A stretch of 64,000 nt of DNA from Eledone cirrhosa (Eukaryota), in NCBI GenBank assembly GCA_964016885.1, contig OZ024745.1:43338001-43402000 (forward strand). The letters are read 5' to 3'. Below the pieces are notes generated by a model. It saw only the letters and a list, made by a program, of their open reading frames with translations. It did not search any database and had not been told where the DNA came from. Shown one piece after another: positions 30,540 through 43,781 of the stretch. Position 1 is the first letter of the stretch. The number at the start of each line of letters is the position of its first letter. A program made the position numbers and the translations under genes.

Positions 30540-31929
30540 AGCAATTGATAAAAATGGCTGCAAACAGGTTTAGGTTAACTGATTTCTCTTTGATTGATGG
30601 TATCTAGTGTAATAAGTTACTTGAGAACTGTTCATTGAATATATGTATACTTAAAAATAGCCTGGATTACTTAAATGTAACCTGCTATTACTTGCTCAAG
30701 ATGAACACCTAAATTACATATGGAAACAAGATTCTTTACTTGTTTATCCTACTGCTCAGAGAAAACAAATATTGATACTTTAGACGGTTGAATTCTTTTC
30801 CTTTTTTTTTATGATAAAATACAAAAATTATATTCAACAAATTTCAATTAAACAATATAATGTTTGCAATAAAAAAAAACTGAAAAAAAACAAAATAATG
30901 AAAGTAAAAGGAAGGAGGAGGAAGTGGCAAACTCTACACCTCAGACTAGGCAGCTGCACCCTATGGACAAAATGGGGAAGTCAGTGCTGTGGAGAATAGC
31001 CAGCACCTCCACCTCACAACACTCTTTCATTAGGTGAGATGCGCTCCTCCCAATTTTGTAAAGGAAAATGGCAGTTCAGGGACTGAAGACACCAGAGGTC
31101 ACAATGGCGACTGGCACATAAAAGGAAACGGTTATTTATGTTCCAGTATTTGGCTATCTTCTGCTCCTCTGCAACCTGGGTATCAGTACTTGGGTTTGTG
31201 GCAAAAGTGACATGATTAGAAGCCGCAGGACAAGGTATCCCAGACTGAATTCTATTGCTACCTCTGTTTGTGACTTGAAATTTGGTCATAATATAAAATA
31301 TGGCAATATGCTAGTAATTCTGTTATTGTTTTTTTTTATATTTTATATAATTTCAAATCTGGCTTGGTGCTGCTATTTAAATTAGTTGCATGGAAATGGT
31401 AGAATAATAGATGGTTGGTTGTGTTCACTCCTTAATTAGATAGCATTTATTTCCTCTCTACCAATTACATTAACAACACCTATTATTATCTACTAACAGC
31501 TGCTGTCACATAGGTTATTTTATAAAACAGTTTAGTCTCACTTGATGAACCTAGTTTTGTTGATATATATTTTGTGGCTTAGAAGCTTTTTTGTTTTTTT
31601 TTAATTTGATGCTTAATACTTAACATCCCGAAATGATTTAGCAGACAATATCTAAAAATGGGTTTGTTAATTCAAATGTACAGGACATTTAAAGTTAAAG
31701 TTGTATCAGAGCTGTGCTGTTTGAGTAGTTAACATAAACAGTGCTTGTATATGGTCAATCATGTAAACCCAATTATATTACTAAATTTTATCAATCTTTT
31801 ATATTCTCGTTTGTTATCCATTATCTACTGATAGAGGCGGGTATTAATCCTTTTTTCAAATATTACCAACAGGATTACAATTATTGATTTTATTGACCTT
31901 AATTTATGGTGGGTTGGGAGGAGGGGGCA

Positions 31930-32290
31930 AGGAAACATGAGTGAAGAATGTGGAGCAGCAGAGAAGACTGGGAAGAATGAGAATGGTTTGGTGGAGTGTC
32001 ATTCAGAGAGAGAGCGAGGGAGATAAAAAATAACAGTGTATGATGGAAATATAGCCAGCGATGAATGTTATAAAAAGAATTGAAATGGTTGGGTCATGTG
32101 CTGAGGTAAGATGAAAGTGACTAGGTGTGAGGAGTGATGGAAATGAATGTGGAAGGACATACATGAAATAGAAGATCAAGAAAGACATGGAGGAGGAAAT
32201 GAATCCAGGAGTTGATGAGGGAGGATGCAGGCAATAGAGTAAAATGGAGAAGCTTGTAATTGGACTTGCAAAGCTAATCCTTGCTTTAGC
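31930..32290 (+). mobile_element. Decayed RTE LINE 3' fragment
   Basis: TTGAAATGGTTGGGTCATGTGCTGAGG = LKWLGHVLR and AGATCAAGAAAGACATGG = RSRKTW, with stops and frameshifts. A related decayed copy is at about 44310-44520 (-). Confidence 0.6.
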
Positions 32291-32661
32291 AGTGAAAATA
32301 GACTTTAAATGCTTATGGTTGCTATATTTCATTGACCTTGGACAATGAATTTGACATTTGTATGATTTGAACTTAGAAGTGTGATATTAAATATCCATGT
32401 CATTTCAACTTAAAAGTGTCATGTAACAAAAATCAATAACCTAAAATATCAAATTCAGCCTTCTACCTTTGTGACATCTTAACTTACTATTGTTTTTATT
32501 GTTAATGCAGGTTTTTTTTAAAGGCAGTGGATTGGCAGAATCATTAGAATGCCAGACAAATTGCTTTGCAGCATTTAATTACAGTTCAAATCTTGCTGAA
32601 GTCGATTTTGCCTTTCATCCTGTCAGAGATCAATAAAATAAAAATGATTGATGATGTCTAT

Positions 32662-32928
32662 CCTATCACTAGTCAAATAATTGATGCTGTGTTGCTATCA
32701 CTAGTCAAATGATTGATCATGTGTTGCTATCAGTAGTCAAATAATTGATGTTGTGTTGCTGTCCCTAGTCAAATAATTGCTGTTGTGTTGCTGCCCCTAG
32801 TTAAATAATTGCTGTTGTGTTGCTGTCCCTAGTCAAATAATTGCTGTTGTGTTGCTGCCCCTAGTCAAATAATTGCTGTTGTGTTGCTGCCCCTAGTCAA
32901 ATAATTGCTGTTGTGTTGCTTTCCCTAG
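32662..32928. repeat. 32-bp minisatellite, about 8 copies
   Basis: Unit CTAGTCAAATAATTGCTGTTGTGTTGCTGCCC starting at 32669, 32701, 32733, 32765 and onward. Confidence 0.92.
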
Positions 32929-33060
32929 CTGAATTGTTGGAGGTGTGTATCTAATATTTACCACTCTAATATCCCTGGCGAAGAAATTTCACTGTTGCTG
33001 ATTCAACCAATTGTAAACTCTTTAAAATTATATTATTGCTCTTCTCTGTCTAGGTTATAA

Positions 33061-33243
33061 TTGTTTCTACTTTTGGCGCAAGGCCAGCAATTACCCAGTA
33101 CATTACTGGTACTTTATTTTATCAACCCCGTAAGGATGAAAGGCAAAGTTAACCTCGGCGCGATTTGAACTCAGAATGGCAAGGGGCGTAACTCTGTACG
33201 TCAAAGCATAGTGTCCGACCCTCTACCGATACTGCCAATCCAC
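33061..33243 (-). mobile_element. SINE family A copy
   Basis: Reverse complement of the family A consensus. Confidence 0.88.
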
Positions 33244-34296
33244 TAGGTCATGTTTTCTAATAGAGGCACAAAGGCAGCATTTTATTTTATTTTTAGTGGG
33301 AAAGCAGTGTCACCAATTATATTGACCCAGTAATTGACTGGTACTTTATTTTGATTGGCTCTGGAAGAATGAATGGCAATGTTGACCATGACAAGGAAAT
33401 ACTGCAATGAATTTCATCTGACACACTAACAATTCTGTCAACCCAACACCCATGTCTTGACCATAATAGAATCCCTTTTACCTTTAATTCGTATACTTGT
33501 AAATGCTGCATGAATGAAACAAACATGTCAAAAGAGTAAAATCAACATTATGGGTGGTTCCCATTTTACCTTTAGAAAGCAGATACTGAAAAAGTAGCTA
33601 TTTCCATTACTTTATTGACTTTTTACTTAGACCCCCCCCCCCAGCTTTTCATTACATTTGTATATGTGTGTTTAGATATGTATAGGTTTGAAGATATGTA
33701 TAGGTTTGAGAGTATAAACACAAGTGTCAAGTTATATGTATGTCTGTGAGAACGTTTCTTTTTGTATTGAGCTTATTTACCTACCAGCCTATACCTACGT
33801 AACTACACATCTACCTATCTACTTACCAACCAATTCACCTGCCTATCAACCGACCTAACAATCCAGCCACCAATCTACCTGCCTACCAATTCACCCACCT
33901 ACCCACCCACATACCCACTCACCTCTCTAACTACCCACCTACGTACCTACCTACCAATCTACTCATCTACAAACCTACCTGATGATAAGTGCCCCAGTTG
34001 CTTCAAACAACAGAACTGACTGCGTACTCATAAAATTAATGTTCAAGTAGCTGAGCATTCCATGCACATGAGCACCCTTAATGTATTTCTCAGGAAGATT
34101 CAGCATGACACAATATGTGACAAGGTTGGCCCCTGGCCCCTTGAAATATACCGGTATATCTCATTTTTTCCAGCTGAGTTGGAAATGAGTGAAATAAAAC
34201 TTAAGAAAACAACATGCCATCTGATCTAGGAATTAAACACACAACTTTATGGTCACAAACTGAATGCCCTAACCACTAAGCCATGTGCCTTCCACA

Positions 34297-34389
<93 letters not shown>

Positions 34390-34803
34390 CAAGTCTCGAA
34401 TAATTGTCCCCTCCCCGCTTATTAATTTTTCAGATTTTTTCCAACCCCCCTGCTTATTAGATTTTGCTCATCTATCTCTGGCGAAATTTCATTTTAAGTG
34501 GTAGGGACCTGAGAATATATATAAGAGCTCAGGATTCCTTTTCCTTTGAGCATATAATTTACAGGGAATAACGAGGGTCTATGGCTCCGTTAATTTATTG
34601 TGATATATATATATATATATATATATTCCAGATCCATGCTAGCGTGGAAAATGGATGTTAAACGATGATGATGACGATGATGATGATATTTCACATATAT
34701 ATATATATACATTTCACATATATATATTTCACACATATATATATATTTCACATATATATATATCACATATATTTCACATTTCACATATATATATATATAT
34801 ATT

Positions 34804-35530
34804 GCACACTTTATTTCACATTGCTCCAGTTTACTCAGCTGTAGAAATGAGATGATAGGACTGGGGTCCCTATCATTCCACTGCAAAGTGGTCGTGGAGG
34901 TGCCACAGCAAAAAAGCACCCAGCCCACACTATAAAGTGGATGTGTAGGCACCACGGAAAAAAAGCACCTAGCACTCACTGTAAATGAGGTTGGTGTTAG
35001 GAAGGGCATCCAGCTGTAGAAATCAAGCCAGAATCAGTTCCCGTATGAACAAGACAAGGTCAGCCGACTGGACACTGCCCACAACAGGACAACTTGTCTA
35101 ACCCATGCTAGCGTGGAAGAACGGACCTAAAATGGTGATGATGATGATGGCAGTTTTTGTGGTCAGCTAGCTATGTTTCAGTGTTGGTGTTTAAATTAAT
35201 ATCACTGTAAATAAGGTTGGTGTTAGGAAGGGCATCCAGCCAACTGGACACTGCGCACAACAGGACAACCTCTCTAACCCATGCTAGCATGGAAGAACGG
35301 ACGTAAAACGGTGATGATGATGATGGCAGTTTTTGTGGTCAGCTAGCTATGTATCAGTTGGTGTTTAAATTAATATCACTGTAAATGAGGTTGGTGTTAG
35401 GAAGGGCATCCAGCTGTAGAAACCAAGCCCAAATCAGTTCCTGTATGAGCAAGGCATGGTCAGCTGACCATACACTGCCCACAACAGGACAACCCGTCTA
35501 ACCCATGCTAGCATGGAAGAACGGATGATC
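34804..35530 (+). mobile_element. CORE-type SINE family B with two tandem re-duplications of its 3' half
   Basis: CACTGTAAAT(G/A)AGGTTGGTGTTAGGAAGGGCATCCAGC...AACCCATGCTAGC(G/A)TGGAAGAACGGA occurs three times, separated by the same flank GGCAGTTTTTGTGGTCAGCTAGC. Confidence 0.82.
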
Positions 35531-37694
35531 TTTATGACTATGTGTAACTGTGCAAGAATGTGTGTATAAATATATTTGTGTATCTCCCTATATGTGTGCC
35601 ATATATTTTTTAGGAATTCTACTTTACAGTGAATATATATGTATTAAATATTCATAACTTGAAATATCCAATAAAATAGATGACACATATATGCAGAAAT
35701 ACAAAAGATATTTTTACTCATTTTTGCACAAACATACATAGTCATTCAGACATTTATTTAAACACTCACATTGATACATACCTCACTTCCCATAGTTATA
35801 TATATGTATATATATGTATATATATGTATATATATATATATATATGCATACACACTCTGACATATATTTATTCATCCATACATACTCACAGGAAAAATAC
35901 AACATATTCTGATATGACACTTGTATTTACACATACACATATGCAAACATATCTACACAAACAAAACATACTCTTAAACATGCATATATATCCACACATA
36001 TACACATACAAAACATACGTGTAAACATGTGTTTACACATTGAAGCTTACATTTGGATTTGTACATGTTCAAATACCAATGCACACACACACACTCACAC
36101 ACACATGCATGTATGTCACACACACACCATCAGATATGTATACATACAGCCATGCATCAGATTTATTTGGCTCAGTGCTTCTTACATTGTATTTTTATCT
36201 GGCATTCACTGGTCTGTGATAGCAGCCAAGGAAGAACTGACAAAGCTGATCAGAGATCAAGTTTACTAGTTGTTGCTTTCCTTTATTATTGAGTTAATTA
36301 TTTCTTTACAAATGCTGCTGTTCAACTGTGAAGCATAATACAGAAGCTGGCAGCGTTTATCTGAGATTTCATTGTTATTACTTTATAGTGCAGTCCACTC
36401 TTTGTGTTGCTACAACCTTCCATCTGCTACTGTAGTTAATATTGATACAGAAAGAAAAAAAAAATGTTTGAGTACTCTTCAGTCGTGTCAAAGACATGAC
36501 AACTTACCTAGTGCTGGTGCCACGATAAAATACACCCAGTGTACTCAGTAGAGTACGGAAACATATGTAAACGAGAACTGCTCAATCCCATCTGAGAGGA
36601 CAGTAGTACTGATTAAGTATTAACTTGGACTGAAGCAATCCATCCAACCCTTGCTAGCAGGGAAAATGGACATTAAATGATGATTATGAGGATGATATTT
36701 TGAAAAGAAAAAAATATCAAACAAAGAAGCTAAAAACAAAACAAATATATCTAAGAGAAGCCAAAGCACAAGAAAATGGAGGAAGAAAGGTGAAACAATT
36801 GGTGAATCTTGTATGAAAAGATTTTGTTTCACTATCATTTTCTATAAAATCACTAAACTAATTGGTATTTAATTAGCTACATGAAATACTCATGTATAGA
36901 CACATGTGCACATATATATGTGCATACAAACACATGCACACACACACATATATGATCATCATCATTGTTACCTCCATTTTTCTATACTAACATGTATAGG
37001 TAGTGCAGTGTCATGATAAAATGCTCCCAGTACACACTGTAAATTGGTTGGTGCTAGAAAGGGCATCCAGCCATAGAAAACATTCTCCTGGTACTTGCTG
37101 TAAGGTGGTTGGCATTAGAAAGGGCATCCAGCTATAGAAACCATGCTAAACCAAAACGTATGAGCTGGACCAGTCAGATCTTAGCACATGACAGCCTTTA
37201 ACCTATGTAAACTTGGAAAATAGATGTTAAACTGTGAGGATAATAATGGTGATGATTAAAGTAAGAAATAAGAATATAAATTAATATTTAATGACATTCT
37301 AAAGAATTTAAGAATATACTTTGTATGAACAAATAGAAATATTTTTCATGCAAAATTCGGACTTTTAGAGGGCCTAAAGGCTGTAAGTACCTGTACACCT
37401 GGACTAGAATGAAGAAGGCCATGTTATGGGGACACGGATAAATGGGATATTGTAACATTCATATCTTTCCAAAGGGTATTAGTGGCAAAAGTGAACCTGT
37501 GTCAACTAAAGTTGTGTCAAGTCTTCTATGAAATATTGATATCTTGCACAGCTCTAGTCCAAGTATTTCAATAGAGTTGAAACATTCAGCAAAGTAGTTT
37601 GATAATGTATTTTACTGAACACATTGGTGCAGAATTAAAACCTATCTGTAACCTTGGTCTATGCAACTTATTCAACTTCCTTGCTTTATCTAAC

Positions 37695-37842
37695 TTCAAG
37701 ATAAGGTAGAAATTTTGGTGTTGTAGGTATTGTTGTTGTTTTTGTTTAGTTTGTTCTTTTTTAGAAGTCTCATATCATGATAAAAACTAGGCCTATATTC
37801 TAAGATTTAAACATGTATATTGTTTCTAAGTACAAAGTTTAC
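37695..37842 (-). repeat. Right arm of the perfect 148-bp inverted duplication
   Basis: Reverse complement of 30392-30539. Confidence 0.92.
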
Positions 37843-40837
37843 AATATATTTTTTTTTCTTTGTTTATAAGTACTAATTATATTTTAAGCATTTACTGAAT
37901 TTTGAAATCTTTAATTTATTTTTTACATAAAATTGTGATCATAGATGAGAAGTTCTTGAGGAATGTTATAAATTTAGTATGCATCTGATTGTTTTGTCCA
38001 ACTCATGTCAGCATGGAAAAGTGGATATAAAAATGATGATCAATCACTTTAGAATCTGATAAGATTCTGGCTTACTTTGAAAAGGTTCATTCATTTATTA
38101 ACTTTGAATCCATTTCATGTCATAATCAATATTGATTTCTTTCAGAGAGGTACAAGGATAAATTTTGTGGGAAAATAGTGCTGTAGATTAACTCTATCTC
38201 AATCTATGTATTGATAGATATTTTCTGAATGTGTTGAATGATGAATGGTGCATTTGACACTTGCATGATTTGAATTCTGAACAGTAAAGTAACAAGCCTA
38301 TCATTGTGAAGGCATGTGGCCTTGTGTTTAGGGCGTTGGGTTCACTATTGTTATGATTGTGAGTTTGATTCCCAGATTGAGTAGTGTGTTGTATACTTGA
38401 GCTAGATACATTTCACATGGCTTCAGTCTACTCAGCTGAAAAAAGATTAGTACCAGCAACAGCTGAAACTTAACCTTACAATGGACTGGTGCCCCATTCA
38501 GGGGAAAATTTTGTACTCTCAATTGCTTAATATCAATAAAACCATGATAAACTCAGGCTTGTGAAGCAATTCTCCGAGTCACAGGTAACTAGCTCATAAA
38601 AAACTGATGATTATCTTTGGATTTGATAGCTTTTGCAGATGAAAGATCATCAGTGCTTTACTGTATTCATGGAAATATCATGTATCTCTCAATATTACCA
38701 TCCATTTGTAAATCGGTGTCATGATGATGTATAATTTGATATTAGTGGGAGCACTGTATAAATAATTGTTGTGCAATCTCCTAGAACTGTATTTAAATCT
38801 TCTAATATTCCCTACAAATTTATCTATGATAGTGTATGTATCATATCAAGAAGCGGGAGACTTTTTTCATTTGCTCAACCTTTTCATTATCATATTTTCA
38901 ATGAAAAATACAGCTTACGCTTTTCAATTAATTTCGAAAATAATCGATAATTTTAAATATATATAATATATCTATATATATATAATATATCTAAGATCCT
39001 CATTATTAAGCTGGTGTTTGGATCATTCTTCATAAAGGCCCTTACATAAAATTATGATAGAAGGTTTATAATCACTTTAAAACAAACATCTTTGTGTCAT
39101 AGAACTGGGAACAGTTGCAGGTAATTTGGTAACAAAAGGCTTAAAACTAAAGAAGCCAAATATAATTATGTCTTGTGAAATTAATAGATTAAAAAATAAA
39201 ATACATATTCAAATATGACCTATTGAATTTCCAACTTCTTATTGAATGGGTTTGCTGTCTTAAATTTTTATATCTTTGTGATTGATGAAATTAGTACTTA
39301 GTAGCTAACAAATTCCTAAGGAATTGTTATAACAGAAGTAAAGGAATGCTTTATGAGTTCAAAAAGAAAGCTTGATATAAGGTCATTTTAATATACAATC
39401 TTGCCTGCCATTAGAAATTAGCAATATGTTATATCTATATAGTGATTATTTTTCAGTCGATGAATATATTTAACAATGTCAGCATTGATTACCATATAGA
39501 ATTTCTCATCTTTAGAATTTAAATAATGCATAATTTAGCTCCACATAACACTCTACATGATGGTACCTGATTCTCAATGAATTAAAATATGTGACATATA
39601 TTTAAACTTGAAATCTACCAGAACATTAGCTAGTATTTTCTGTTACAGATACAATTATCTGTTGTAGCTTGACTTATAACAGGCTTTAATTTATTCACTA
39701 TTGCTACATTATTAAAAATCATGATAGAAAAATAAGTACATATTTATTAGTAGCAACTCACAATAGTTTCTATCAACATATCTTTTTATATGATATAGCT
39801 TCCTCAGAATAATATAATGCTCTCTACCTCTACACTTCTATACTACAGGTATTTTGAATATAATGTTCCTTTCAAATACTGAACAGATAACATTTAGCTA
39901 AACAGACTGAGACAAATATATTCACCTCCATAATGTCTAAATTCTTGCACACTCTTTACATCACTTCTTTAGACAAAAGCTAAACCATCTTTAGAGATTT
40001 CCAATTTTCTTATCAGTACCTTTATATGTAGACATATGATTTCACTTTTGAAAAATTGCAATGTTTAATCCTTGAGATCTTGTTCAGCAGATTCTTTTTA
40101 AAAGGATGAAGAAATATTTGCTTAATGGATCTATTTAAACATATCATTTATTCTGTTCACTGACCATAATGTCATTCTAACCAGATGAGTGTAATTGTAG
40201 TTAATGAATCAATAATTTAATTAACATTCACTTTCCCTTTTATCAACCGATATACTTTTATTGTTTTGTGTTCTTCAAATTCAACAGTGAAAGTAATGTA
40301 CTAACACTTGACATATTGCTTGTCTTATTTTCATATGATACACTGACCCATGTGTAAACACCTTCAGTAGCTTCATTGATAGTAATTGGTCAGCTTTAAC
40401 CTTTTTACTACCGTATTTAATCATCACAACCATTGTCATCGTTGTCATCATTGTCATCATCATCGTCATCGTTTAAAATATTCCTTCTTTGCTAGCAAGG
40501 TATTTTTAATGAGATATTTTGCTTTTAATGAATTAATGAAGAATTTGGGAAGTATTTACTAAACTTATGATTGCCTTAAGATGATATCTGCAACATAACA
40601 AAATGTTCTTATATAAAAATATGCTGGAAGGTGTTAATTTAAAGTAGGAACTCTTTAAAATCGGTTTTGTCTCATAGAGCCAGAGGTGGTTCGGGGTAGA
40701 TTGCTATTAAAATATATGATCTGACTAATATTTTTACACCAAACGTTGATTGGAAATGCCTCGTTATATGAATAGATTGATTTTCGAAATTCTGAGGTAT
40801 TCTTCATCATGCATTCATTATTTTATTCTTGTATAAA

Positions 40838-41010
40838 GGCAGTATCGGTAGAGGGTCGGATGCCATGCTTTCCAGCATAGTTACGTCCCTTTACGATCTG
40901 ACTTCAAATCCCGCCGAGGTTGACTTTGCCTTTCATCCTTACGGAGTCGATAAAATAAAGTACCAGTAATGCACTGGGTAATTGCTGGCCTTGTGCCTAA
41001 AGTAGAAACA
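40838..41010 (+). mobile_element. SINE family A copy
   Basis: TSD ATTATTTTATTCTTGTAT at 40817-40834 and 41011-41028. Confidence 0.9.
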
Positions 41011-43098
41011 ATTATTTTATTCTTGTATTTAAAATACCATTTTCTTCATCTATCTAAGAAAGAATAGCTCTTTGTCTACAATAGCTTGAAGGATATTCAG
41101 GAAATGTTGGCCTTAGGTGAAGTGTGAAAGTAAGGATGAGCTGAAACTTCCTAGAAACATTTCTTGAACAAATATTATGATGTTTATAGTTTGTTTAACA
41201 AATGTTAGTTTTGCAATTCAGGAATAGTTAATTGAACCAGCTATCCAAAAAATTCTCATTTACAATTGGGTCTAACAATATAAAGACCTGGGGAATAATT
41301 TCATCATTGGAATTTCTAGTAACATATAGCATGGTACAATGTTAGGACACTATCAAGTGCTACTGGTAACACGTAACCCAGTGCAACCTGTCGCATGGTT
41401 GGGTCATTGGTGACATAAGCAGCAACCCTACCAAGCTTGCTCAGTGAGGAGGGTGATTTTTGGACATCCTGCAGATGAACTCAGTAGTGTGAAGAAAAAT
41501 ACCAGATAGACAGAGTTCGTTAACCTTGTTTGGCAGTCTGTCTAGGAGTATGATCACTGATTTGAAAATTAGGGTAGATGAGATTCTTTAGACACCTTGG
41601 TGACAACCTCCCATGTGGCCTACCTTTATCCTTGTGATGAAGGTGGATGAGCTGTCTAATGGTTGGATGAGGATTCAGGACCCACTGATGTCACTTTTTT
41701 CCCAATCAGATTTATAGATATACAACATCATTTAAATTAACATTGATGCTATTGTCAATGGTCCCCTACCCTCAGCAATGAGGGTGGGAAGAGACCAGAC
41801 CATAGCTTGGTACAAGCTATTTTCATGTTTCTTATGTTTCTTTGAATGAATGCAATTTATAATTAAGGTTATAATTGTATTTCTTGACTCTTCTATAAAG
41901 ACTTAACATTTATTCTGATAGTTTTATGATTGACTTGTTATTTTTAAACACAATGAATACCCACACCAGATTTTAAGCCTTCTTTCGTTATTGACGTAAA
42001 AAGTATCAGCTTGAACAATTAATTCAGGTATATCAGACTGATTTGTAGGTTACTTGAACTTCTAATTTATCACTCTAGCAACCACACATATTAGATTTCT
42101 TTCTCACAAATCCTCAAGAAGAAAGATAAACTACACAGGTAGCCATTGGCTAACTTTACAGTTAATTTAGAGACAGCTGGGAAATGTTTTATTTTTTTTA
42201 ATCTTTTGTAATCATATATTTGTTGTAGACTGCCTGAAATGATAAAACCTGTTCTATAATATTCTCACATTTGGAACATATTTCATCTTGTCTATATTTT
42301 CTTCCCCTACATCTACCATAAGTTATTAAAACTTATAAATCTATTGTAAACTATTAATATCTATTATAAATTGTTTTCTGATTTCATATTATGTTTAGGT
42401 AGAAAACCTATTTTCTTGAATGTTTGTTAGTCTATTTTATATTTTTTATTTCCAGGTTCCTACATACAGATGTGTAGTATATAATACTAAACAGATAAAT
42501 TTTAGCTAACAAGTCTGAAACAAATGTCATATTTGTTTTACCAGTCCACTTCCATAATTACTAAAATCTTGCCCACTCTTTACATTGCTACTATGTTTTT
42601 GGTCACTTCTACTGGGTTTCTTTCACAAATCCAGCATGAGAAGTATGTAGCCTTTGATTCAGGAATCCACCATTCTAAAGATCTTCCTTTCCTTATATGT
42701 CTTCCTGCGATACACTAAGCCTTTTCCTTTCAAATCTTTTATTAACTGTATCATTCTCCCACTGCCCCCATATCTTTATTTTGAAAAAGGGCAGATACAT
42801 ATATAAATGGATACATATATAAATTATTGCACCTTAAAAACCAAGTGCTAATATATAACTCAGTGAGGCAAGTTATGATCTAGTGAGCTACATCCATGAT
42901 TTGGGTTCGGTTCCTGGTTGAAAATATTTCACTTCAGTCATGTCTTTCATACACATATGTCAAAAATTAACATTTGTCCTCATGTCATTATGTTATCCCT
43001 GATATAAAAACAAAATATTATTATTTCAAAATATTTTTTAGTTTTAATAATTTTTTTTTTTTTCCTTTTTTTTTTTTCCTTTTTTTTTTTTCTTCTAG

Positions 43099-43169
43099 AC
43101 TTGTTGATGACAGATGTGTTGTACAACCAGATGCTGGAGATATTGCAAATCCACCCAAGAAATTCAGAG
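43099..43169 (+). CDS. ITPR: Inositol 1,4,5-trisphosphate receptor, internal 71-nt coding exon (N-terminal suppressor domain)
   Basis: Long polypyrimidine tract + TTCTAG acceptor, and donor AG|GTCAGA. Translates (G)[23 protein letters not shown](D), matching the conserved IP3R motif [25 protein letters not shown]. The 71-nt length and phases agree with my recollection of the second coding exon of vertebrate ITPR1. Confidence 0.93.
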
Positions 43170-43562
43170 GTCAGATAACACATTTCCTTTTAATATATAT
43201 ATATATATACATATGTGTGTGTGTGTTGATGTTATTGTGGTCTGTTCTGATTTTGCAGTCCATTCTTCGGCTATAATATTCACAGAAGATAAGTGTTGTC
43301 AAAAGTTTGTGTCAGCTAGAGTTTACAAATTATATGACCTTTAAATATTGTCCCTTATGCTTCAATAAGTGATGAGTTCAGATGATATTCCTGTTATCAC
43401 ATTTAAACTGCCCTATCCTCTCCAAATACTTCAGCTTTTCTCTGTCAGCAGGTAACTATCCCAACACATAACACTCTGCTATATCCACAAGAAGGGCAGC
43501 CATTCAGACCGTATTAACTGTTTGCTTGTCATATTAACAAACACTATCTCAAAGGTGATTAA

Positions 43563-43781
43563 CCCTTTAGCATTTAACACAGCCATATCCAGCCAGAATT
43601 CTTTCACCTCTTTCTGTTCGAACCGCCTGTAACTGGCCACTCATACTAATGTTAAGGTATTGTTCTCAACATAAATAATATCGAAATCTCATGGCTTCGA
43701 TATTATGTGAGATAATTGTGTGGTAAAACTTTTACCATGAACATATAATAGTAAATATAGAGTAATGTACATGCTAAAGGA
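43563..43781. mobile_element. piggyBac-like MITE
   Basis: TTAA-CCCTTTAGCAT ... ATGCTAAAGGA-TTAA. A second copy is at 48913-49541. Confidence 0.75.

Noticed and set aside
30811-31289. GC-richer stretch as a possible ITPR first coding exon
   Set aside because: No frame I read gives the conserved LHIGD/SLYAEG/GFISTLG motifs.
32669-32928. CRISPR-like periodicity
   Set aside because: Head-to-tail repeats without spacers, in a eukaryotic context with no cas genes.
33979-34012. CTGATGA possible hammerhead (also CTGANGA at about 8993, 10883-, 45152, 63137-)
   Set aside because: No correctly placed GAAA with stems I-III.
42228-42243. AG|ACTGCCTGAAA (DCLK) as the next ITPR exon
   Set aside because: It lies upstream of the identified exon and hits a stop immediately.
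42974-43276. 100-aa ORF as a whole gene
   Set aside because: Only 43099-43169 is exon; the remainder is polypyrimidine tract and intron.
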